64,000 nucleotides of DNA from Octopus vulgaris (lineage: Eukaryota): contig OX597826.1 of the NCBI GenBank assembly GCA_951406725.2, positions 70,184,001 to 70,248,000 of the forward strand, read 5' to 3'. Both the position numbers and the translations under genes were made by a program. Shown in pieces: positions 13,028 through 25,947 of the stretch. Position 1 is the stretch's first letter; every line of letters starts with the position of its first letter. The notes beneath the pieces were generated by a model, which was not told the DNA's origin, did no database searches, and saw only the letters and a program-made list of their open reading frames with translations.

Positions 13028-13254
13028 CACCTACACACGTGCTCATACACGTGTACCTATGTGTACTGTGGGCATTAGCAGGGCTATGCAGTTCCGGATA
13101 ATGGATCTCCACCGCTTGGCACCTTGGCCAGGTGTCCTCTGCTGTAACCGGTCGGATTTTACCAAAGATCTTTGAGACAGAATGCGAGAGATTTAGCAAT
13201 TGGCAATGAGGAGAAACCGCTATATGTTAGTGGCAACGAACAGAAGAGTACAAT

Positions 13255-13286
<32 letters not shown>

Positions 13287-13500
13287 GGGCTATCAGCACA
13301 ATGCAGGAGCGCACCTTTGATACAAGTCTGATGAAGTGCCACTCTAATTTCTAAAACCGCAAACGTTACGTAAACTTTCACTTCGAATATTGTGTAAACT
13401 GGCGTTTCAAGCACAGCTGGTACAGAAACAGCTGTAAAGAATAATTAAAGATGTGTTTAGTATTTCTTTGTCTTATTTGGATTATATATATATATATATA

Positions 13501-13782
13501 TCACGTGATCACGTGACCGACCAGTCCATCAGATGTAGTTACACATCGCTGGTCACAATGCGTTCGCATTGTTTTAGCCTTCGAATGACGCCACCCCGCT
13601 GGCTAAGCGAGCAGGCCAATAGGTGAAAGAGTACAGCAGGGATCACCCCCCCCCCGCCGGAGCCTCGTGGAGCTTTTAGGTGTTTTCGCTCAATAAACAC
13701 TCACAACGCCCGGTCTGGAAATCGAAACCGCGATCCTACGACCGCGAGTCCGCTGCCCTAACCACTGAGCAATTGCGCCTCC
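13501..13782 (-). mobile_element. tRNA-derived SINE family C with an alternative 3' tail
   Basis: Head and body match 4520-4680, then diverge into an unrelated tail. Confidence 0.85.
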
Positions 13783-13806
13783 ACATACATACATACATAC
13801 ATACAT

Positions 13807-13845
<39 letters not shown>

Positions 13846-13868
13846 GTATGTGTATATATTGTATGTAT

Positions 13869-14110
13869 AGGCGCGGGAGTGGCTCTGTGGTAAGTAGCAT
13901 GCTTACCCACGACATGGTTCCGGGTTCAGTCCCACTGCATGGCATCTTGGGCAAGTGTCTTTACTATCTAGCCTCGGGCCGACGAAAGCTCCTGGACTGT
14001 AACAGAAAAAAAAACAAAAACAAACAGACACTTGTCCCAGATGCCTCGCAGTGAAACTGAACCCGAGACTACGTGGTTGCAAAGTGAGGTTCTTAACCTC
14101 ATAGCTATGT
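13869..14110. mobile_element. SINE family B fragments (13869-13985 +, ~14028-14110 -)
   Basis: ggcgcgggagtggctctgtggtaag head and an oppositely oriented degraded head. Confidence 0.75.
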
Positions 14111-14523
14111 CGAATGCATTTGGAAAAAAACATTAGAATGAATAAATGACTGAATAAATAAACGAACGATGAATTTCTTAACAGGAACGTAACTCAAATC
14201 TTTAGTTGATTATTCAGTAGGTTTGCCAGGTTAAATACTGGCCAAAAATAAATATTTAAACAATCGACGTTGATAAACTCGATCTTATGTAAGAAGGTTA
14301 ATTTAAATATTCATAAAAAACTAGTTTCGTGTGTATATAAGCCAGCCTCATGAATATTTAAATTAGACATCTAGCATTTATTCTTTTGTTCTCTCCCTGT
14401 AAAGGCGGGATCTCTACGTAGGAATAAATATACTCCATATTTAAAATTCATTGAGTCTTTATTGAAGTATGATCTTCTTGATTGTTTGAACTAACCTATA
14501 CCATCTCTCTCTCCCTCTCCATC

Positions 14524-14635
<112 letters not shown>

Positions 14636-14636
14636 T

Positions 14637-15093
14637 GGCGGCGAGCTGGCAGAAACGTTAGCACGCCGGGCGAAATGCGTGGCCATATTTCGTCTGCCGT
14701 TACGTCCTGAGTTCAAATTCCGCCGAGGTCGACTTTGCCTTTCATCCTTTCGGGGTCGATAAATTAAGTACCAGTTACGCACTGGGGTCGATGTAATCGA
14801 CCCCGAAAGGATGAAAGGCAAAGTCGACCTCGGCGGAATTTGAACTCAGAACGCAGCGGCGGACGAAATACCCATTTCTTTATAGCCCACAAGGGGCTAA
14901 ACATAGAAGGGACAGACATAGGTATTAAGTCGATTACATCGACCCCAGTGCGTATCTGGTACTTAATTTATCGACCCCGAAAGGATGAAAGGTAAAGTCG
15001 ACCTCGGCGGAATTTGAACTCAGAACGCAGCGGCGAACGAAATACCGCTAAGCATTTCGCCCGGCGTGCTAACGTTTCTGCCAGTTCGCCGCC
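14637..15093. mobile_element. SINE family A inverted composite (+ copy fused to a - partial dimer)
   Basis: Orientation flips at the palindrome ggggtcgat-gta-atcgacccc (14784-14804). Confidence 0.9.
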
Positions 15094-15464
15094 CCTAAGT
15101 ATAAAAGAATAATATAAGCTTGTTGGCGCGGAATAAGGGAATTCCTAACAATTCATATTATATTTTGAGTTCCAAGAGACTATCCTAACTCTGCGAAAAT
15201 TGAAGATATCCTTTCAATTTTCAGAGATTGTGCTTATTGTATGAAAATTTAATTTATATTCGAAGTTGCCAGAGATTGTTAGAAAATTAATCAAAGAATT
15301 AACTTCAGAAGTGCCATGTGTCTTTGCAACGTACCATTGTCTAATGAAACGGCGGCTTTGGGAATAAACGAAAAAGTTGTAACTGTCAAGTTGCCAACAG
15401 AAGAAACTATTATCATTCTTTTCTTTCTTTATTTTTGTTGTTGTTGTTGCGAATCAAAAGGTAC

Positions 15465-15506
<42 letters not shown>

Positions 15507-15574
15507 GTGTACGTGCATGTGTGTGTCTATCATATTCAGAGATAGTGTCAAGGGTCTTGGTTAGCACTAATACC

Positions 15575-16035
15575 ACCAAACTAGTACCACCATCACCACC
15601 ACCACCACGACTACCACCACAACTACCACCATAAGCACCACATCTACCACCACAACTACCACCATCACCGCCCAACTACCACCACTACAATTACCACCAC
15701 CACAACTACCACCACCACCACAACGACGACCACCACCACAACTACCACCACCACCACAACGACGACCACCACCACAACTACCACCACCACCACAACGACG
15801 ACCACCACCACAACTACTACCACCACCACAACTACCACCACCACCACAACTACCACCACCACCACAACGACGACCACCACCACAACTACCACCACAACTA
15901 CCACCACCACCACCACCACGACGACCACCACCACAACTACCACCACAAATACCACCACCACAACAACTACCACCACCACCACAACTATCACCACCACAAC
16001 AACTACCACCACAACAACTACCACCACCACCATTA
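15575..16035. repeat. Higher-order ACN trinucleotide minisatellite
   Basis: ACC/ACA/ACT/ACG mixture with a recurring ~36-bp unit ccaccaccaccacaacgacgaccaccaccacaacta. Confidence 0.9.
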
Positions 16036-16309
16036 CTAGAATTACTATCGCCATTCTCACTACATTCTACTATTATCACCTGCAACAATGTAAGAAAAAG
16101 AAATGAGCGACGGTATAAGCAATAGATACAGAGAAAGGTATATAGGTGCAAGCGAGAGGGAGGAAGAGGGGAGAGATAGAGAGAGGGAGTAAGAGAGAGA
16201 GAGAGAGAGACACACACACAAATATATATGAGGGTGGGAGTGGGTAGAAGATAATAAGATAGACTGAACAGGCAGAGATAAAAGGTGGGAGGCTGCTGCT
16301 AAAACAGTG

Positions 16310-16390
16310 GCATTATTATTATTATTATCATTATTATTATTACCGGTGGTGGTAGTAGTAGTGGTGGTGGTAGTAGTAGTGGTGGTGGTG

Positions 16391-16422
<32 letters not shown>

Positions 16423-16432
16423 GGTGGTGGTG

Positions 16433-16470
<38 letters not shown>

Positions 16471-16480
16471 GGTGGTGGTG

Positions 16481-16517
<37 letters not shown>

Positions 16518-16548
16518 CGGTGGTGGTGGTAGTAGCAGTAGTAGTAGC

Positions 16549-16585
<37 letters not shown>
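16310..16585. repeat. Compound (ATT)n/(GGT)n(AGT)n array
   Basis: Directly visible. Confidence 0.93.
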
Positions 16586-17525
16586 AGAGCAAGCAAAACT
16601 GGTGGTACAAGAAGAAACAATAAGGAGCAGAAAAAGGAGAGCAACAAGAACATCAGCAACAACAATAAAAACAATGACAACTACTACAACAACAACAACA
16701 AAAGAACACAGCAAAAAGCAGAACAAATATCCCTCCTTGCCCTCCTCCCCGCTCTCTCCCTCCCTCTCTCCTTCTCTCCTTCTCTCTCTCCGTCGTTTGC
16801 CAGTCATCCAATAAATGTGTTTGAGGGTTGCAACATATTGAGTGAACTGTAAGGCCTCTCTCTATTTTGATTGGAATGATGAGTCACCGAAGGGAAGAGG
16901 TGAGTGAAAGAGAGAGTGTGTATACTGTGTGTGAATGATTGAATGAGAGAGAGAGCGTAAGGAGAGAGAGAGCGTAAGGAGAGAGGGAGCGAAAGGAGAG
17001 AGGACAACGAAGTAGACGACGCGGAGAGTAATGGTCAGAGATATAGAACTTAAGTGTTTGTACTACACAAGTACACGCGTATACATTCATTCGTGTCGTG
17101 CGTATTCATTCAAAAGCAGATGATTCACTCCGTCTCGTTAATCAGAGTGTATCGCTATGTGCAATGCTTGTAGTTCATCGTTTTTTTTATTGCTTAAATG
17201 ATAGACCCTATGGCTATTATTTCTAGCAATGCCTATGGTTCCTATTTCATTGCATCCTTGGCCACTTTTAGTGACGGTGAATTATTTCCTTTTTGGTTTA
17301 AAATTGCGTCTAACCACATACATACATACATACGTGTGTGTGTGTGTCGAGAAACTCGGAGCAGAGGCGTATTGAATCATAAGCTTCTAACGAATAAATA
17401 AACTCAATATATATTTATGCTGGTGATGTTATTAAGGTGGTCTATAGCCTGAGCCAATTCTGACTATATGTACGAGTCTTTAAGTTTATCACGAAAGGCC
17501 TGATTGGAAGTCCAACCTTCCGAGT

Positions 17526-17721
17526 TCTTTACTGCCTACAAGGGGCTAAACAAGGACAGACAAAGGGATTAAGTCGAATACATCGACCCCAGTGCGAAAC
17601 TGGTACTTTATTTATCGACCCCGAAAGGATGAAAGGCAAAGTCGACCCCAGAACGTAAAGACAGACGAAATACCGATAAGCATTTCGTCCGGCGTGCTAG
17701 CGTTTCTGCTAGCTCGCCGCC
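17526..17721 (-). mobile_element. SINE family A with internal deletions and a 12-bp TSD
   Basis: tccgagttcttt at 17519-17530 and 17725-17736. Confidence 0.88.
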
Positions 17722-17899
17722 TTATCCGAGTTCTTTTACAGGACTTTGAAAAACTGAAGGACTGCTGCATGCAATAAGTATGTGAACCTGGGAGGGGAAT
17801 ATGCTGAATAAAATCATAATTAACTGATCCTCCTGTATTTTGTTTTACCCAAAACCAGGAACTTTTCAGTACTCTCATCGTATACATACACACACGCAC

Positions 17900-17975
<76 letters not shown>

Positions 17976-18181
17976 ATACTTGGGGATGGTCATATTTTGC
18001 CAATTAATTACATGCATTATATATTTGTTCTTCACTTCAGCTTTATTGATATAAATTTTCTGTTTTTTATCATAGTTCTTTTGTTTCACCTTCTGTGACC
18101 TCTTAAGGAACTCTCTATCCCACGTGTCTCCTTTTGTTCTACTTAGTCCATATATGTGTGTGTATCTTTGAATCTCGTTTC

Positions 18182-18215
<34 letters not shown>

Positions 18216-18317
18216 GGGGACCGCAGTCTTGTACCTTTTTTATCGTTATCTCTTTATTGAGGCGGTATGTCTTACCATTTTGCTTAAAGAGAAACATTGA
18301 TTTGCATTTGTATATAT

Positions 18318-18902
18318 CAGGAGTTCTCAACCATTTCACCCCGACCTCATAGATCCCTTTGATTCCGATTACACCATACTTGAACCCCGTGGCCATTCGT
18401 TGAATATATATAAAATACTAGCAGTATCGCCCGGCGTTGCTCGGGTTTGTTTCGACCCTTTAGAATTGGAGTTTTTGAAATTTTGCATTATGTAGCTTGC
18501 TATTCTCTTTAAGTGAATATTTTTTTTGTTGAAATACACCGAAAAATGGCGACACAGCTGTCAAAAAATCGTAAAAAATAGGGATTTTCATAGAAAAAGA
18601 GCATCTTTTTGATGTAAATAATTTTTGGTGTTAACATGGTCCGATTTGAATTTTTTCTCTTACGGAAGGAAGAGCAAGCCTTCTTCTATCATACTCTCAA
18701 TTTTGGTCAACTTGCGCCGCAGGGTCTCGGAGGAGATAGTGTTAGTTGAAGGCTACCAAACCTTCCACACACACAGACAACTTCAACTTTATATATAGAG
18801 ATTAGGAATTGTATATTTTGTATATTGTAGAAGTGTAAAGCAATTTATTGCACACACATTTTAACAACAAAATGTTATGTGGACCCTGGGTGAGAAGCGC
18901 TG
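18318..18902 (+). mobile_element. hAT-type MITE interrupted by a Helitron
   Basis: Imperfect TIRs caggagttctcaacc / gggtgagaagcgctg. Right arm caatttattgca..ttttaacaacaaa is also seen at ~61868-61900. Confidence 0.6.
18418..18801 (-). mobile_element. Non-autonomous Helitron
   Basis: On the minus strand: A|TC 5' end, subterminal hairpin cccgagcaacgccggg, CTAG|T 3' end. Termini are shared with 38450-38836. Confidence 0.82.
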
Positions 18903-21049
18903 GTGAATATGTACACGAACAATGGGAGCAAAATACATAAGCTCGTCTACATAGAGACACAAAGGATTTATGAGAGGGTAGAGGTCAGTTAGTACTTTGG
19001 TGCTTGATCCGGAGAACCACACAGGGGTGCGAAGCTATCAGCTGAGTCTCTTCTCTTTCTTCTAGAAAAACTCGTAGTTAGTTACCCCTTCTTAAACTTA
19101 TTCTTCTGGGAGGAGGGCCTCGAAAAACAGTTTCCATCAAGGCGGATTTCTGTCTCATGTCCTACACAACAACAACAACAACAACAATTGTAAGGAAGTG
19201 AGGGGTGTAGGAGATTTAACACAGGACACACAACGATGTCTTTGATAATTTGTAAAACATTGGGGTTATCAGAATATCACACCACACCCTGTTATTCTTA
19301 AACTTAGCCATCACACTTGTTTCGGTACTAGTACAACTGGTGGTGGTGGTGGTGGTGGTAGTTGTCTTGGCGGTGGGGTTCCGTAACTATGGCGTTGCTG
19401 GTTTTGACGATGGTGATTATAAAATGGTGGCGACCATTGCTGCTGCTGCTGGTGGTGGTGGTAATAATGGCGACAGCACGTGATTGTAGTACCGGTGTAC
19501 GTAACAGTAGTGGTTGTAGTAGTGATAGTGGTGGTAGTGGTTTGGGTGCTAGTGATTTATGGGGGTTGCCGTGAGGTTTGTGAAGGTTATGGTACTAATG
19601 ACTATAATGGTTAATGGTAGTGGTGGTGGTGGACGTTTTGATGCTGGTGGTTGTCATGGTAATGATGGCGGTATCGGCGTTGGAGGATAGCAGCAGTCGT
19701 AGTGTTGGCGGTGGTTGTTGTGGTAGTGGCGGCGGTGGTGGTGGTGGTGTTGGTGGCTGTTGTTGTGTTAAGGGAATGTGGGTGTTTCTGGTCTTAGTGA
19801 AAGAGGACATGGCGCTTATCGATGGGGAGGGCTGCTGATAAAGCGGAGAAATTAGTGAAATGCATGTGGCGATGATGATGATGATGTTGATGACGATGAG
19901 GATGAGGAGGATGCTGGGGCTGGTGGCAGCGGTGAGGATGGCGAGAACGAAGATAACAGCATTAGAATTGGTAATAGCGAGTTTATTGTTGCTGCTGTTG
20001 TTGTTGTTGTTGTTGTTGTTGTTGCTGTTTGTTATCTCCTTTGTTTGACGGAAAAGGGTTTGGGCGGGGCGGGGCGGGGTAGGAACGGGGGGGTCTAATC
20101 TTGCAGGGCAGGGCAGGGCAGGGGTACGGTGGGGGGAGTGAACTACAGAAACACTACCACACTACATGCATTGTCTCTTTGAAACTCCACAGCCGTTATA
20201 ACAGTTCTGACAACACAAACACCACCACCACCACCACTGCTGCTACTACTACTACTACTACTACTTCGACAATAGCGCTTTTGCTGTTGCCGGTAGTGTT
20301 GTTATTCTTACGGGCAGTAGTTTACAGAATCGGTTACATCCCTTCACGGTCTGACGTAATCGACTGTCCCCTTCCCCTTCCGCCACCCTTCTCCAAATAT
20401 GTATGACCTCGTTGTTGTTCCTGAAATGGGCTGAAAAGAAGTTATCCCTTAAAAACTCAAGCTCAAGTGGCGAACGTGTACATAGCCTCCATTATATATT
20501 ACTGACTCCCCTTTGTGCTTTGCCACTGACCATCGCTCCCCAGTTTTCGTTTGACCAGATTGGAGGACCATTTGGTATTTCGTCTCACATGGGGGAAAGA
20601 CGCGTGTTCCACTTGGTCAGGAGGTCCATCTGCTGTCCGGCAATATCTGAACGGGTGGCTTGATTGCTGCGGCTGGTCATAATAATGCAGACACACGATG
20701 AGACTACAGCATCTTCATACAAAGATTCCAGGACTAGGAGAAGCTATGGTCGCTGTGAGTGAGGTGCGTTTTCCTACACGCATTTCCTCTCCTCTTTGAT
20801 AGAGTTGCAGTCCAGTATCTAGCGTTCCTTGTTGCATATTTCATTCCATGATTTTTTTTGCACAATTGTCTTCTCTGCTTGTTTGTTTTCCTATATTTGA
20901 TTCTGCATATTATCATTATTTAAAGGTGACAAGGTGGTGAGCTAGCATATCTGGAGAGGCGGGGTTCAAGGGTCAGAGACAGGTGTATTAGTAGACATTG
21001 TGACTTATTAAGAAGTGGTGAGCGAGAAGGTGACACGAAATAACATGCT

Positions 21050-21230
21050 GTTGGGTAGGGTTTACATTAACATGCAAGTCCTGGTCACTCCTGAAGACTT
21101 CACTAAAGCTATAGCCAGTTGTAAGGGTAGAAAAGTAACCAGTTAGACTGATGCTGCGAAGCAGAAAGCCCAGTTGCTATATGCGTGACAGCAAAGGCCA
21201 CTTAATAGTATTATACACAGATGAGATGGA
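21050..21230 (+). pseudogene. Possible degenerate retroelement ORF1/gag zinc-knuckle relic
   Basis: RKPSCYMRDSKGHLIVLY resembles a decayed C-x2-C-x3-GH-x4-C knuckle. Stops and frameshifts upstream. Confidence 0.3.
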
Positions 21231-22013
21231 AAAGCAGAGAAAGAAAATGGCGGACAACGGCAAAAACAACAGCTGTTTCTGGAAGTCTAAGCTCAGAGGG
21301 CATCCGAAAAATTCGCCGCGTCCACAGTGTGCTCGGAGCCAACAACTAGGAAACCGACTGGCTCCTCCTAACTGTACCATCGATAAGGAAGAGATAGAGG
21401 CAGGCAAAAAATGGAAAAACCATTGAGGGGCAGCGAAAGAATAAGAAAGATAGCGTAAGTAAGAAACTACAGAAGAAGAGGAATGAGCTCAGACGAAAGC
21501 AACGCCAAATACGCTGAGGAAGGGTTTTTCAGTTTCTGCAACGGCGGCAAAAGATTCGGTCCCTTGCATCAGTAACAATGAACTAACTGATGCCGATACT
21601 GAATGAATTTAAGGAAGAAGGGACCATGGTGCTGATTGAGGAGGAAATGGGCTCCGTTATTTTGTGGAATATTTGAACGAGAAACTGTTAATAATCTACT
21701 GATCTCCTCCCTCATCTATCCTAAGGAGGTGAAAGAATTCTCACAAAGTTCGACTTCAAAGATGCTCATGCGCACGACCGGGAGTATCGGCTTCCATTTG
21801 CCAGGGGCAGAAGGCGGCTGGGGTCAGGGTCGCGGAGTGCTATGATCTAACTTCAATGGGAGCTTCTTACCTTGTGCGTGGGTGGATTGCTTCTGATTTG
21901 CTTTGTGCGTGTGTATTCAGGCATGTCTGTATATGTACACGTGTGTGTGTGTGTGTATATATTTATATGTATATGTATGTGTATATATATGTATGTATTT
22001 GCATATGTTTGTG

Positions 22014-22048
<35 letters not shown>

Positions 22049-22133
22049 CTGTGTATGTGCATATATAGATATGTATATATCTATATATGTGTGTATGCCC
22101 ATATATGTATATATGTATGAGCATATATGTTTG

Positions 22134-22166
<33 letters not shown>

Positions 22167-22679
22167 ATGTGTGTGTATATATATGTGTGTGTATCTGCAG
22201 GCGCCTGTGTATGTATTTATTCGCCTATTGTATCCATTTTGTTTTCTTTGTATAAACCTTTAATGTCCTTAATATTATTGTAAATATATAAACGCTTTTT
22301 TGCTCCACCCCTCGTTTGGATATAACTGAGCTGGGTACGTCCCCACACGTCTTATAACCGTTTTCATTATTATTCTTATTTCCTTTTATTTATTTATTTA
22401 TTTTTTTGTGTGTATTATTGTTTTGAATGAAAGGGGGAGGGGCCCCACCGAGAACTTTTGATATTCGTTTATTTATTATTATTAGTATTATTATTATTAT
22501 TTTGATTTCATTCATATCTAGGGATGCCACTATTTTTTTTATTTTGTCATATTGATTTTAATCTTTCTGCAGCCGATAGCAAAAACAAACAGAGAGAGAG
22601 GGTGAGAGAGAGAAAGAGAGAGAGAGATAGAGTGATCAGTCAACTAACCAGGTTAATGATCATGATAATGGTAGAGATG

Positions 22680-22980
22680 GTGGCGATGGCAATGAAGATT
22701 GTGACGACCATGGTGGTGGTGGTGGTGGTGGTGGTGGTGGTGGTGGTAGTGACGATGGTGATAATGATGGTGGTGGTAGTGGTGACGATGATGACGATAA
22801 CGGTGGTGCTGGTGGTAATGACGATGGTAGTGGTAGTGGTGGTGCTGGTGGTAGTGACGATGATGGCGATGGTATTGGTAGTGGTGGTGGTGGTGCTGGT
22901 GGTAGTGACGATGATGGCGATGGTATTGGTAGTGGTGCTAGTGGTAGTGACGGTGGTGGTGGTGGTAATGATGGTGGGCG
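22680..22980. repeat. Compound (GGT/GAT/GAC)n array with internal higher-order duplication
   Basis: Directly visible. Confidence 0.9.
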
Positions 22981-23472
22981 ATGATAACGAAAACGAAAAT
23001 GCATCTGGTGGCGACGATTGGCGGCGGGCGGGCGGGCGGCAGAGGCGGCGATGGTATTTAACAAGCAGCAGTAGTCGCAGTAGTAGTAGTAGTAGTAATC
23101 GAAGCAGTGGCTGCAGGGCCGATAGCGCGCGCATGGCTGGTTGGCTGGTTGGTTGGTTGGTTGGTTGGTTGGTTGGTGGAGGGGGCAGGATGGCGGGCTG
23201 TTAAAAGTCAGAGAGTATTTTTCTTTTTCTTTCTTATATTCAAAAGGGGAAATTTCTATCTGGTTCCATGGAAAACAGGTCGAGCGACTGCGACTACAAG
23301 ATCTCTTTTCTCTGGTTGTGTTGTTTCCTTAGCTGCTTCATTGGTTAAATCATCTTTGTTTACTAAACAAACTCCTTTTGCTAATAATGATATTCTTGCA
23401 TTCATCTCGGCTTCAGATTTATTTGTACCATCGTAACAGCTGGTTCTTCCACGTTCAATAAAATTCACACCC

Positions 23473-23505
<33 letters not shown>

Positions 23506-23650
23506 ATGAGCATGTTCACTCATTGTACGTCTCTCTGTCTCTCTATCCCCTCTCTCTCTATATATATATATATATTTATATATGTATATGTGTGTGTGTA
23601 TAAATATATATATATATATATATTTATATATGTATATGTATGTGTATAAA

Positions 23651-23700
<50 letters not shown>

Positions 23701-23841
23701 TTGTATATTATAATTTAGGGTATCTAAGAGATACCACCACGCTTGAAATAGCAGCCAAAACTTGACTCTAAACCCACATTAAGAGTTCATACAGCACCTT
23801 GATAAGTTCGATATTTAAATAACGATCTTATCTTTATACAC

Positions 23842-23874
<33 letters not shown>

Positions 23875-23887
23875 TTAACACACACAC

Positions 23888-23922
<35 letters not shown>

Positions 23923-23995
23923 CACACACACATTTCTCTCTCCCCCATCTCGCTCTGTATCTATCTATCTGTCTATCTATTTATCTATCTATCTC

Positions 23996-24030
<35 letters not shown>

Positions 24031-24454
24031 TTTTCTCTCTTTCTCCTTCTCGCTCGCTCGCTTGCTCTCCCTTCCCCTCTTCCTTTCTCTCTTCTTTCTT
24101 ACCCCCCTCGCTCAAGCTCTGTGCCTTCCTCTTCGTGTCTTTTTTTCTTTTCTCTCCCTAAAACCTCCTCCCTTTCTCTCCGTCTCTTCCCACATATCTA
24201 CATGTGTTTCTTTTTTTGTTTTTTTGTTGTATTTTTTTCCTTTTTTATCAATCGTTCCAATATTTCTTTCTGTTTAATTTCATTAGTCATAGAGTCTGGC
24301 TAATGGCCGTTATTCATGTCTCTGCAACACGTTTTCCTTTACTGTTTGGTTTCTTCCTGTTCCCATGAAAGCCTTCGGCCTTCAAGCTCGCTGCTTGCCA
24401 AAGAAACACTCACCAACTAAACTGTATGATCACTACCAGCTACAGTGAACACTA

Positions 24455-24504
<50 letters not shown>

Positions 24505-24514
24505 GATATCTATA

Positions 24515-24787
24515 TTCTTTTCTACTCAAGACACAAGGCTCGAAATTTTGGGGGAGTAGGGCCAGTCGATTAGATCGACCCCAGTACGCAACTGGTACTT
24601 AATTTATCAGTTTATTACCCACAAGCGTATAAATATAGAGGGGACAAACAAGGACAGACAAACGGATTAAGTCGATTACATTGACCCCAGTGCGTAACTG
24701 GTGCTTAATTTATCGACCTCGAAAGGATGAAAGGCAAAGTCGACCTCGGTGGAATTTGAACTCAGAACGTAGCGACAAACGAAATAC
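24515..24787 (-). mobile_element. SINE family A composite (two different tails)
   Basis: Tail-2 segment (ttctactcaagacacaaggctcgaaattttgg) followed by a tail-1 copy lacking the head. Confidence 0.85.
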
Positions 24788-24790
24788 GCA

Positions 24791-25130
24791 TAGGCGCAGG
24801 AGTGGCTTTGTGGTAAGTAGCTTGCTTACCAACCACATGCTTCTGGGTTCAGTCCCACTGCGTGGTACCTTGGGCCGACCAAAGCCTTTTGAGTGGATTT
24901 GGTACTCGGAAACTTAAAGAAACCCGTCGGATATATGTATATATATGTCTGTGTTTGTCCCCCCAACATCGCTTGACAACCGATGCTGGTGTGTTTACGT
25001 CCCCGATAGAATAAGTACTAGGCTTACAGAGAATAAGTCCTGGGGTCGATTTGTTCGACTAAACCCACCCACCCAACCTCAAGGCGCTGCTCCAGCATGG
25101 CCGCAGTCAGACGACTGAAGCAAGTAAAAG
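24791..25130 (+). mobile_element. SINE family B, near full-length
   Basis: A box TGGCTTTGTGG, B box GGTTCAGTCCC, tail gctccagcatggccgcagtc..caagtaaaag. Confidence 0.9.
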
Positions 25131-25345
25131 AAAGTTACAGAATAAAAGTGTATCTTGGACTACAAGAGCCGCTATGTGCCTCGTCCTTTCTTAAGGACGT
25201 TAGGTGTTAAGGGGCATTTGACTGCTATATTTAGCAGGCCAAGTGACCACATGTACGCTCCCTCGTTATGCGGTCTGAGCTCTGTTTTATAAGGAACGTA
25301 TGGCTTTGAGATGGGCGCTGTAGGAGCGTAGGGCATCGTTTGGAG

Positions 25346-25564
25346 CAGTGGTTTTCAACCAGGGTTCCGCGAAACCTTTGAGTTCCGCCAGTACAGTCCA
25401 GGGGTTCCTCAGGAAGTTACAAAACTGCTGAAATCGGCAGTAATTTTTAATTCTCCTGTGCAGATATGTGTGCATAAGACAATTGAATTATTGCACATGG
25501 GTTCCTCGAGCCAGTGGAATGTTTCCTTGGGGTTCCGCTCCAGCAAAATGTTTGAAAAGCACTG
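25346..25564. mobile_element. hAT (Charlie-like) MITE
   Basis: TIRs cagtggttttcaa / ttgaaaagcactg. 8-bp TSD gtttggag / gtttagag (one mismatch). Confidence 0.88.
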
Positions 25565-25947
25565 GTTTAGAGTATAAGACAATCCGAAAGGGATTGTGGT
25601 TTGAATGACCTGCTTCTTTAAGGCTTACTCGGGGTTAAAATACAACACATACGTACATACACACTGATCTGAAAATAAAAAGGAGTGTGAAAGCTTGGGA
25701 GAAATAAAGCGAGTGACAATTTACTCAATGACTTTTGGTTTATAGGTGTGAGAACTAAACTTTTTTATAGAAGTGAGCAAAAGGTGCCTGACTTCTTTCA
25801 TGAATGACGACGCCGAAGTCAACCAGGCAGGCATTTTTTATAATCGCTTCAGCTGCTAGAAATAGCAGCCAAATCTACCTCAAATTACACCCCGTCGTCT
25901 TACAAATAAGGAAATCTACCAAGAAGGATTAGTTATGTGGTACTAAA

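Noticed and set aside
15567-16217. Gly/Cys-rich ORF (GGGGSCGGGRRC repeats) resembling a structural protein
   Set aside because: It arises from an ACN trinucleotide array open in several frames and starts in CT/CA microsatellite. There is no credible exon or signal-peptide context.
20057-20137. G-quadruplex / GC-box cluster (C-rich counterpart near 55990-56060)
   Set aside because: Short GGGC/GGGCA simple repeats are expected in such repeat-dense DNA. There is no independent support for function.
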